Assembly: GCA_963422735.1 (NCBI GenBank)
Contig: OY730476.1
Coordinates: 2,432,001-2,496,000, forward strand
Reading direction: 5' to 3'
Length of the DNA stretch: 64,000 nt
Source of the DNA: Candidatus Latescibacterota bacterium
GTDB taxonomy: Bacteria > Latescibacterota > UBA2968 > UBA8231
How positions within the stretch are numbered: the first letter of the stretch is position 1; each line of letters begins with the position of its first letter. Positions 10,072-18,653 of the stretch are shown here, one piece after another. The position numbers were made by a program, and so were the translations under genes. The notes under the pieces were generated by a model. That model was not told the origin of the DNA and searched no databases. It saw only the letters and a list, made by a program, of their open reading frames with translations.

Positions 10072-12903
10072 ATGAGCAAGACGAGGGCCTCTTATTTTTT
10101 CTTTTTAGGTGCTTTGGTGCTGATGTGGGTTAGGGAGAGTAGCGCCCATGTACGGGGATCGGGGCTTTTTCTTTACCGGCCGGGTGAGGGGTATATCACC
10201 CATTCCCGGGAACCCTACAAACATTGGCCTCGCTCTTATCTGGTCCGTCCCGAAGATCTCGTCTTCGACGAGTTGGGCAATTTTGTCGTCGAGGGCATCG
10301 AAGTGTTTCGGTTGCGCGAGTCGCGCACCCTTGACCCTGAGCCGGGAAGTGTCATCGACAAGAGCCGCTATTTCAAAGAGTACCTCAGTCGGCTTTCAGT
10401 CTCCTCTGATTCCTACGGAAAAATTAACACTTCTCTGATCATCGGCGACAATATCCGCACCAAATTTACCTCGCTGACCCTAGACTTGGCGGCCATGAAC
10501 GGAATTCGCTGGGACATGAACCTGCCCCAATCCGATTTTACCCTGATCTCCTCGCGTCTGGACTATCCCATTTTTGATGTGAACGCGAACGCCGATAACA
10601 AGCAACACAACTTTGGTGCGCTCGGCACTCGGCCACCCTTATTTGCCACCTATCTGTTGGGATCGCACTTAGAAACCGAGATTGGAGCGTTGAAGCTGGG
10701 ACTAATGTGGGTCAATCAGTATCGCGTCAACAGTCTGATGGAATGGGGTGAGTGGGATTTCAGGGGAGCGATGCCGGGGAATATCCAGCCGGTTGATTAT
10801 CTGGTGGTGAAGTTTGCGGATGGGTCGATAGACGATCGCGGAGGGCCCCGAGTATACGACTTCGAGGTCTATATCAACGGCCAACTACGACCGGAATTGA
10901 AGGTGTATCCCGATGCTGTTTCAGCGGCGGGAATTGACGACACCCAGCGCATCGTCGTGACTCGGCATCACCTTGAGGACATTGATCCGGCCTTTCCAAA
11001 CGGCGACAAGGAATTTCTTAGGGAATTGGGACGGGAAATACCGCCCTATGTAGAATTCGTCAACGGCTTGCTGCCAGAGGACTTCCCAAGAGAAAAGGGC
11101 TATCTGGAAGCACACGGCAAAGAGTTCCTTCTTTACTGGGTGCCGTTGAGCGAGGAGGATATCGACGATGTGCGGTTCAAGGTCAAGGTGGGCAACGACT
11201 ATCGGATCAGCCTGTCCGAGGTCTACGCCAACGACCCCACTAGGGCGAGGAGGGATCGAAGTCCGCGGGACCGGAACAGGGCCCTTTACTTCTACGACGT
11301 CGCCCATGCTCTAGGCAAGGTACAGGATCTCTCCAATCTGAGGGTAGTGGAGTTCCGGCACGGCCGACAGACTGGGAGAATGCTGGGCGGAATGCACGCG
11401 GATTTTGAGGTGGAGGATCTCTTTGTGAAGGCGGAGTACGATCTCAGCTACGATTTTCGTCAGTTTCCGACACCCAAAGGGAAGCGGAGCGATCGCCGAG
11501 GCGCAGCGTACTTCATCAATGCCGTCGTGGATCGAGACGGTGTGAAATTCGGGGGGGAATTATTCCGTATAGACCCGGAATACGGCACTTCCCTGCAGGT
11601 CCAGGACCCTAGCTATCAGAGCTTTGTCACCTTGCCCTTTGCACCCTTAGACAGCGAGATTGACGGCGGATTGAAAGGCATTGATGGGTTCAACCAGAGT
11701 TCGCTCAATGGAACCCTGACCTTCGATTCAGTGGAGGACAACGACGACAAGGATCGCTTTCCAGATGAGCATTATATCAGGAGCCGGAGGGATCTGGATG
11801 GGATTTTCCCGGGGCTAGATATCGATCAGGATGGCCGGCCAGAGACCAATATAAACAACAATGGTATCCCCGACTATCTAGAACCCTTTCTGCTCTTCGA
11901 CGTCAATCCCGAAGAGTACGATTACGGCGATGATTTGAACAACAACGGAGTTATCGACATCCGGGAGAACAATCCCAATGTGGACTACCCTTACAATAAG
12001 GATCTGGAAGGGTTTCACCTATTTGCGTCTTTCCGCCCTTGGAAAGGAACGACGCTCAAGGTGGGGCACTATAACACGAAGCAGATCGCAGCCGGGGGCA
12101 AGAACAGAGTCTTTTACACCAAGGTGGAACACACCCGCTATCTTCCCTTTTGGGGTCGCCTTACCCTGCTTGACTTCGCCAAGAGAGTAGAGGACGACAT
12201 CCGGGATAACGTCTTTCAGTTTCCCCGCAATGCCACCTTTGAACTGCAGGAAGATATTAGTGGTCGGCTGACTGGTGCGGGGTTGACCATTGATCTGATA
12301 GAAGACCCTCTACGCATGAAGGATAGTTTCGTCAACACCTCCTATGCCGCCTTGGATTTTGACGGTACCAAACCCCTCAATATCCACCTCGATTTCAAGC
12401 ACGACTTCAATCATCAATTTGCCCAAGAAGGACGCAAGTCCAACCGCATCGTCAGGCTAACTTCTGTCGTCAAGGGAGAGTATCCCTTGGACCTGTCGGG
12501 TATGTTTCGGGATGTGAGAATCACCCCTCAAGTGAAGGTAATGGGACAGAAGTTGACCAATAATCGGTGGCAGGTTCCGGTACTTCACGAAATATTCTTC
12601 TATCCCATTCTGCGCCTAGACTGGGATATGACCTCCTTGACGAGCATTCGTATAGGAGCCCAAGGCTTTCCCTTTCTGCAGAGCCGTTCCCTCGACTTGG
12701 TCAATTCGAATAGGGACTTTGCGGGTGAGGACTATGTTTTCATACTCGCCAATACTTTTACTTATCAGGGGTACAGGGTGAACTTCAACATGGGCTATCA
12801 GATACAGAAGAGGGAATTCAATTCCTCCAGACAGGCCCTGAATAATGTGGATACGTCCATATTCTTTTTTCAGGCTTTGGTCGGACTCCGTCCGGTCATA
12901 TAG
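10072..12903 (+). CDS. Uncharacterised large exported protein, paralogue B
   Basis: Signal peptide after ATG 10072; motifs collinear with 7311 and 12913; C-terminus IFFFQALVGL. Confidence 0.8.
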   Translation: MSKTRASYFFFLGALVLMWVRESSAHVRGSGLFLYRPGEGYITHSREPYKHWPRSYLVRPEDLVFDELGNFVVEGIEVFRLRESRTLDPEPGSVIDKSRYFKEYLSRLSVSSDSYGKINTSLIIGDNIRTKFTSLTLDLAAMNGIRWDMNLPQSDFTLISSRLDYPIFDVNANADNKQHNFGALGTRPPLFATYLLGSHLETEIGALKLGLMWVNQYRVNSLMEWGEWDFRGAMPGNIQPVDYLVVKFADGSIDDRGGPRVYDFEVYINGQLRPELKVYPDAVSAAGIDDTQRIVVTRHHLEDIDPAFPNGDKEFLRELGREIPPYVEFVNGLLPEDFPREKGYLEAHGKEFLLYWVPLSEEDIDDVRFKVKVGNDYRISLSEVYANDPTRARRDRSPRDRNRALYFYDVAHALGKVQDLSNLRVVEFRHGRQTGRMLGGMHADFEVEDLFVKAEYDLSYDFRQFPTPKGKRSDRRGAAYFINAVVDRDGVKFGGELFRIDPEYGTSLQVQDPSYQSFVTLPFAPLDSEIDGGLKGIDGFNQSSLNGTLTFDSVEDNDDKDRFPDEHYIRSRRDLDGIFPGLDIDQDGRPETNINNNGIPDYLEPFLLFDVNPEEYDYGDDLNNNGVIDIRENNPNVDYPYNKDLEGFHLFASFRPWKGTTLKVGHYNTKQIAAGGKNRVFYTKVEHTRYLPFWGRLTLLDFAKRVEDDIRDNVFQFPRNATFELQEDISGRLTGAGLTIDLIEDPLRMKDSFVNTSYAALDFDGTKPLNIHLDFKHDFNHQFAQEGRKSNRIVRLTSVVKGEYPLDLSGMFRDVRITPQVKVMGQKLTNNRWQVPVLHEIFFYPILRLDWDMTSLTSIRIGAQGFPFLQSRSLDLVNSNRDFAGEDYVFILANTFTYQGYRVNFNMGYQIQKREFNSSRQALNNVDTSIFFFQALVGLRPVI

Positions 12904-12912
12904 GAAGAGGCC

Positions 12913-15900
12913 GTGTTAAACGATTTGCACAAAAGATTTTCCAAGCCTTGCGGGATTTCTCGTTGCCTGCCCTTTAGCGGACAAGCGCCGCTTCTCGAAA
13001 GCTGGGTCTCGCTCGCTGTCCTCGTCTCTGCGAGTTCGTCCATCGGTGCCGAGGAGGACGAGTTTTCGGAGAGTTGGGGACCACGCACAGGAATCGATAT
13101 TCCGGAAGTGCCGCGAATCCAGCCCGACCGGATGTTTCTGAGGAGAGATTGGGAACTCTACGAGAATTATGCCCACAAAGAAAAGAGGTATAAAAACTAT
13201 TCGACCATCCTTTCTCCCTACCGCGATCCCAAGCAGTATTTCTACGGGCCGCTAGGGAATCGCTTAGTCTATGGGATCCCCGGCTATGACTGGGTGGAGA
13301 CCACAGGTCTGGGGCCCCAAAGACGGGGATCGTCGATACTGAGGGTGACAGGCGATCTCTACAACTATCCCGGGCGCGAACAGTCTACCTATCGGCGCTA
13401 TTTCGAGGATGTGCTGACCGTCTCGGAGCAGACCAACAGGTGGTGGGCGGGCCTGACCATTGCTCAGGAGTTACGGGGGCGCTTCACGCCGCTGACTCTG
13501 AAAGTCAACGCCTTTCGCGGCTTCAGAATTGACGTGGGTACAAAACACGACGATCTCTCGGCGCTCTTCATGAACTGGAACACTGTGCGAATGGGGGCCT
13601 TTCACTTTGAGCGGCGGGTCGGCCTGCTGAATCTGGGTCTGACTTATGTCAACCAGCACGAGAGCTTCAGCGATGCGTTCGGCCACACCTTCTCCCGCAA
13701 AGGGGTGCTGCGCCACAACCAGCCATACCCAGAAATTATCGCTATAAAATTTTCGGATGATTCACCCAAGGACGACCGGGGTGGTCCCTACATCGTCGAG
13801 TTGAACATCTTGGTCAACGGAATTCTCCGCAAGGACATCGTCCCGGATATTGTCGAACACATTGACGGCGTCACCGAGTCCTCGGTGGGCCGATTCGGCG
13901 CACAGGGATTAGTGCGCAACACCTATGCCGAGCTGTCAGCGGCCTTTACTTCCTCGGTCCCGACAGAGCCCACCTATATGCAGTACCGCATCAATGAAGC
14001 TCCGCTCTACATGGACTACCTCTTCTTCAAAGATCTAAGGTTGAATGATCCGATAGATCCTGAACGTCAGTTTACGACGTACGTATGGAGAGGCGTAGAA
14101 TTTCCCATTGAAGAGCCATGGCACCTAGCGGTGAATCGGCAGCCGGAAGCATCAACGAGCAGAGGCTACTACCGCGACAACGCCAATGCGATATTGGGAG
14201 AGCGATTTACTGAAGGCGAGGTGCGTGCCATCCTGATTCGCAACAACGCCCTCAACAACATCTATAGACCTCTAGAACAGTCTTTCCGGTGGCGCACCAA
14301 CGAAACAGGTCCTATAGAGGTCTCTGGCGACGATTTCGTGGTCTATTACTTCAACTTGGCAGGAGAGGGCTATGTTCAATCCGTTTCCTTCGAAGCCGTA
14401 GTCGCCAACGATTACAAGATTGAGGTGGGAACTGTGGCGAGGAATAGAAGGGTGGACCTCGATGATCCGTACGCGCCGATTGAAAGCCCCTACACACAGC
14501 GCTATGGCCAGCCGACGCTCTTTCGCGTAGTGGAACGCGCTCCGGGGAATGTCCAAGACCGGTCGAACGCGAAGCGTATTTCATTCGACATCGGCACACA
14601 GACCGGGATGGAGATATTGGGAGCCAATTTCAGCACCAATATCTTCGGGCTAAAAATTGACGGGGAGTACGCGAGGAGCCTGCACTACTTCCAGTACCCC
14701 GATGGTGTAGTCGGCCCCGATCCCAGCACGGCCATGCGCTTCGGCAAGCGCTTCGACCAGAAAGGTGAAGCGTATTATCTGGTGGTGCGTAAAGAGCACG
14801 AGCGCTTCGACTGGGGAGGCGAATTCTTCCATATGGGACCGAATTATAGCACGGAATTCGTAGTGTTGGGGACGCCGGCTGTACCCCATTTCAACAGTAC
14901 CATGCGCTTGATGATGGTGGACGACAATGACGACAACGACCGCTTTCCCGACTCGTGGTTCCAGCAGTACATCGCCGGCTTTGTCAACGAGGGAGTAGAT
15001 GCGGATGGTATTTTCCCCGGCAAGGATGAGGATGGAGATGGGCGACCGGACACAAATAAAAATGGGAATAGGCGGCCGGATTATCTGGAACCCTTCCTGA
15101 TGTACGATGTGGAATCGGACGACTATATCTATGATTTGGATCTGAACAACAACAACAGACCGGATGGCCGAGAGGACGATCCCGAACCCGATTACCCCTA
15201 TCCCGAGGATCTGGAAGGTTACCATCTGTTCGGGAAGTACTGGCTGCGGCGGGATCTGAGCTTCTTTCTGGGGCACCTCGATGCCCACCAGCAGGATAGG
15301 GCGGGTAAAAATTTGATGAATTATGGCCGTCTCAACTGGAAGGCAAAGCAACCGGGACTGGGTAGGCTGGTGGTGGAGAATACGCTGAAGCGGGTTTGGG
15401 ACACTGTTCCAGATCGCGTCTTGATCTCTTCGGACTTCGGTAGGAGTCCCTTCGGCAAGACACATTTGGCCGGATTCGGCTACCAACAACAGTTCGACCT
15501 GATATTAATAGAGGACAATCTGAACTACAAGAATAGCTGGGCCAATAGATTCTACTTGGAGACACTTTTGAGTCCACTCAAAGACCTGAGAATGTATCAT
15601 AACTTCCGCTACGAATTCAACTGGCAGCAGCGGGGCCTTTTGGACGATGGGACCCATCAGCGCAAGAATGTGATTCGCTCTATGAGTTCGGTTCACCGCG
15701 TCGACTATACGTGGCGGAGGCACCGGAGTAAATTGGAGATCATCCCGGCGCTGAAACTGCTTTTCCTCAAGCGAACCCAAGACATCATCGACATACCTCT
15801 GGCCAATGAGACCACGGTCATTCCGTTGCTCAAAGCCAATTACTATGTGACGCCCCGAACTACCTTTCGCCTCGGTGCCCAAGGTTTTCCTTTCTGGAAC

Positions 15901-16119
15901 TATGGCGTCAAGGACCATGGCAACAATTGGAACAGTTTCGAGCAGAACGTGTACGTACTCATGATGACCAATAGTTCCGACTATTTCGGCTATGAGATTG
16001 TGGCCAATGCTGGTGTGACTTTCGATCGCCGAACTTACGATGATTCCTTCCGCAGTGCCGACAATACCGATGTCCTAGCTGTCTTTATACAGATCGTAGC
16101 AGGGGCACCGCGGTATTGA
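12913..16119 (+). CDS. Uncharacterised large exported protein, paralogue C
   Basis: 1068-aa ORF with the same motif order; C-terminus VFIQIVAGAPRY. Confidence 0.8.
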   Translation: MLNDLHKRFSKPCGISRCLPFSGQAPLLESWVSLAVLVSASSSIGAEEDEFSESWGPRTGIDIPEVPRIQPDRMFLRRDWELYENYAHKEKRYKNYSTILSPYRDPKQYFYGPLGNRLVYGIPGYDWVETTGLGPQRRGSSILRVTGDLYNYPGREQSTYRRYFEDVLTVSEQTNRWWAGLTIAQELRGRFTPLTLKVNAFRGFRIDVGTKHDDLSALFMNWNTVRMGAFHFERRVGLLNLGLTYVNQHESFSDAFGHTFSRKGVLRHNQPYPEIIAIKFSDDSPKDDRGGPYIVELNILVNGILRKDIVPDIVEHIDGVTESSVGRFGAQGLVRNTYAELSAAFTSSVPTEPTYMQYRINEAPLYMDYLFFKDLRLNDPIDPERQFTTYVWRGVEFPIEEPWHLAVNRQPEASTSRGYYRDNANAILGERFTEGEVRAILIRNNALNNIYRPLEQSFRWRTNETGPIEVSGDDFVVYYFNLAGEGYVQSVSFEAVVANDYKIEVGTVARNRRVDLDDPYAPIESPYTQRYGQPTLFRVVERAPGNVQDRSNAKRISFDIGTQTGMEILGANFSTNIFGLKIDGEYARSLHYFQYPDGVVGPDPSTAMRFGKRFDQKGEAYYLVVRKEHERFDWGGEFFHMGPNYSTEFVVLGTPAVPHFNSTMRLMMVDDNDDNDRFPDSWFQQYIAGFVNEGVDADGIFPGKDEDGDGRPDTNKNGNRRPDYLEPFLMYDVESDDYIYDLDLNNNNRPDGREDDPEPDYPYPEDLEGYHLFGKYWLRRDLSFFLGHLDAHQQDRAGKNLMNYGRLNWKAKQPGLGRLVVENTLKRVWDTVPDRVLISSDFGRSPFGKTHLAGFGYQQQFDLILIEDNLNYKNSWANRFYLETLLSPLKDLRMYHNFRYEFNWQQRGLLDDGTHQRKNVIRSMSSVHRVDYTWRRHRSKLEIIPALKLLFLKRTQDIIDIPLANETTVIPLLKANYYVTPRTTFRLGAQGFPFWNYGVKDHGNNWNSFEQNVYVLMMTNSSDYFGYEIVANAGVTFDRRTYDDSFRSADNTDVLAVFIQIVAGAPRY

Positions 16120-16163
16120 AGAGCGGGCGCACCCTCAAGCGAATCCAACAAAAGGTAATTGCG

Positions 16164-16715
16164 ATGAAGCATTTTATTTTGTTACTAGCGCTTCTCAGCT
16201 TGGTACCTCTCTCCTGGGCGCAAAGCGAAGACGATGTCTTTGCAACTAGGCAGATCGTCACTAAAAAGAAGGCGGTCGTCCTGTCAGCTCTCTTCCCAGG
16301 GCTGGGTCAACTCTCTACCGGCCAAAAGATAAAGGGAACGTTCATGCTGGTCGGCGAGATTGGCTCTCTGGCCGTGACGCTAATAGCAAACGAGAACTAT
16401 AATACCCGCCGCGACAAATTCCACCGACTGAAAGACGAATATGAAGTAATGGCGACTGGGAACAGCCGCTACGATCTTGCCCAGCAAAAGTGGGACGAGT
16501 TGTATAAAGCCAATGATGAGTTGGACGATCTGCATGTGATGCGCAGGGTTTTTGGTGTGGCAGCTATGGGGGTGTACATTTACAGCCTGACCGATATCCT
16601 CTTATCTGGTTCTCCCAAAGTATCTACTGTGACCCGATGGAACTTGAGAGCCATGCCGGGAATGGGGGATGTGCCGCCCAAGTTGGTGATGACGGGAAGT
16701 TTCTCAACCTTTTAG
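16164..16715 (+). CDS. DUF5683-like membrane/exported protein
   Basis: Signal peptide; KKAVVLSALFPGLGQL..GQKIKG; YIYSLTD. Confidence 0.65.
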   Translation: MKHFILLLALLSLVPLSWAQSEDDVFATRQIVTKKKAVVLSALFPGLGQLSTGQKIKGTFMLVGEIGSLAVTLIANENYNTRRDKFHRLKDEYEVMATGNSRYDLAQQKWDELYKANDELDDLHVMRRVFGVAAMGVYIYSLTDILLSGSPKVSTVTRWNLRAMPGMGDVPPKLVMTGSFSTF

Positions 16716-16728
16716 AGGGAGTTCGTTA

Positions 16729-17118
16729 ATGGGTAGAGCTTTGTGGCTACTTTTTTATGTGCTGCTGATTTTCGGCATCCTGCACTGCAGCAAAGATCAT
16801 AACTTGCCGTCCAAGTTTCACGAGAGTCAGATTGGGATCCCCCAAGACTTGGAAGCATCCTTTGAAGGGGACGATGTGATTCTGGGATGGAACATGAGCG
16901 ATACTGCGGCCGTCTTTTATTATATAGTCACGGTAACTGAAGGCACATCAGGGGTGGAGCGTCAATACACTACTCCTGGAGACAGGCAGTCCTATACGGT
17001 TGAATTTACCTCGATTGATTCTTTCTATACCTTCCAGGTCCAGGCTGTGGATAAAACCAACTTCGCCGGGCAGAAGTCGAATGTGGACACCGTGTTTATT
17101 TCTCAGAAGCGTTCTTAA
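16729..17118 (+). CDS. Lipoprotein with one fibronectin type III domain
   Basis: Lipobox-like ILHC; PQDLEAS...VILGW...Y.V...YTFQVQAVDK. Confidence 0.7.
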   Translation: MGRALWLLFYVLLIFGILHCSKDHNLPSKFHESQIGIPQDLEASFEGDDVILGWNMSDTAAVFYYIVTVTEGTSGVERQYTTPGDRQSYTVEFTSIDSFYTFQVQAVDKTNFAGQKSNVDTVFISQKRS

Positions 17119-17251
17119 AACCCCCTTCGAGCTACTTTGCGGGGCTGTCGAGTGGCCTTGGCGTCAAGCGTTTTTCATAGAGCGAGACGCCCTCGGTCCT
17201 AGATACTTTGAGCCGAGTGAGAGACCGGAACCATCGTTTTAAGAACGCTTC
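17106..17251 (+). mobile_element. 146-bp MITE, copy 2, with TCA target-site duplication
   Basis: Same 15-bp TIRs as copy 1; TCA direct repeat at 17103-17105 and 17252-17254. Confidence 0.9.
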
Positions 17252-17363
17252 TCAGTAATAGCGCGATGACGGAAATGAATATATAGGCTTTAACGGCTAA
17301 CCTACGCCTACCTAGACCAAGAAGGTACTGGTGGTGTAGAAATTTACCTCGGATCGGATACGG

Positions 17364-18614
17364 GTGCGAAAATCTACTCCAGATCGTTTTAGGGCTCCAT
17401 CGGACGCGATAGCTCTAAAGAGGCTCTATCGAGATAACCGTAGAATATCCTACTCTGCGTACGCTCTAGCATTACTCATAATGGCCTCTACCTTCGCCTA
17501 CCTAGTGGGACTAAAAGACGAAAAGCCCGTGCCCAAGCCCCTCGCAACAGAGTTCATAATTCGCAAGCCAATGGCCAAGAAGCCCTTCCGTATGAGGAAG
17601 GCCTTGGTCCAAAAGAGAGTGATGACCCGAAAGCTAGCTGCCTCGAAGCCAAAACTGACCCGTACGCCCCCGCGTCCGGTGCGGCGGATAGATGTATTGG
17701 GCAATGTAGCTGTCTTCGATCGTGGAATCGATGCGGGGACAAGCGTAGGGACCGGCACTATCACGCCTCAGATGCCTTCTATGCAGATCAGAAGTTCGAA
17801 AGATCCGGAGAAGCGGATCAGTATGCAGGAGGAGTTTCTGGATCTGAACGCGCTCGATACGGGTAAGTATCGAGGCATGGTAATCCAAGATCCGAATGAC
17901 AGGAGAAATATCAAGGGCTTCGTCTACTTGGCGTTAGCTTGGGCCAACGATCTCCAACCCGACGCTCCCCGCTCGGTTTCTAGGCTTGCAGATGGCATCA
18001 ACTCTTATACCGGTATCCAAGCCAAGGTGGTGGACCACATGTTCTTGGACTCTCCCGAACTGTTCAAGACGCCTTTTGTATATATCACGGACAAGGATGG
18101 TTTTGAACTGACGGCTAAAGAAATCGAAAATCTGGGATGGTACATGCGAACCGGAGGATTTGTTTTTGCCGACAATGACCGGCCGGATCTCAACTTTGGG
18201 CCAGCGGAAGCTTCGTTGAGAAAAATGTTCAGCTTGGCTTTGGGCAAAGATGGCAAGCTGCAGCGCATTTCTAACAGTCATCCGATTTACCACAGTTATT
18301 TCGACCTAGATGGTCCTCCGGTTGGGGGAGAATACCTGAGTGTCAGGGGTAATCCCGACATTTTCTACTACAACTCGGCCGAGCAGACAGATGTTTACTA
18401 TCAGCCCGATCAGGCACAATTCCTTGAAGGAGTTTTTTTGAATGGGCGCTTGGTGGCGGTTTACTCAGATATGGGCTATGGAAGCATCTGGCAGGATGAA
18501 TTCGAGAACGAGCCTCAGCTGAGGATGGGGGTTAATCTGGTGGTTTTCGCCCTCACCCAAGAGGGCTCTATCGCGCAGCAGCAGATTGATTTCTACACTG
18601 AACTTACCGAGTAA
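17364..18614 (+). CDS. DUF4159 domain protein with N-terminal TM anchor and basic Pro-rich linker
   Basis: LFKTPFVYI, LGWYMRTGGFVFAD, HPIYHSYFD, LEGVFLNGRLVAVYS, MGVNLVVFALT. Confidence 0.8.
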   Translation: MRKSTPDRFRAPSDAIALKRLYRDNRRISYSAYALALLIMASTFAYLVGLKDEKPVPKPLATEFIIRKPMAKKPFRMRKALVQKRVMTRKLAASKPKLTRTPPRPVRRIDVLGNVAVFDRGIDAGTSVGTGTITPQMPSMQIRSSKDPEKRISMQEEFLDLNALDTGKYRGMVIQDPNDRRNIKGFVYLALAWANDLQPDAPRSVSRLADGINSYTGIQAKVVDHMFLDSPELFKTPFVYITDKDGFELTAKEIENLGWYMRTGGFVFADNDRPDLNFGPAEASLRKMFSLALGKDGKLQRISNSHPIYHSYFDLDGPPVGGEYLSVRGNPDIFYYNSAEQTDVYYQPDQAQFLEGVFLNGRLVAVYSDMGYGSIWQDEFENEPQLRMGVNLVVFALTQEGSIAQQQIDFYTELTE

Positions 18615-18653
18615 ATTTCTTCTTAAAGCCGGATTCTCGATTGAAGGAGTATT

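Noticed and set aside
7311-16119. Calling the trio SusC/TonB-dependent receptors, SprA or BamA
   Set aside because: No TonB plug, SusC or POTRA/BamA motifs recognised, and each is far shorter than SprA; remote homology cannot be excluded without a structure search
2697-17251. Composite transposon formed by the two MITEs
   Set aside because: Copy 2 has its own TCA duplication and the outer flanks (TAA, TCA) do not match, so it inserted independently
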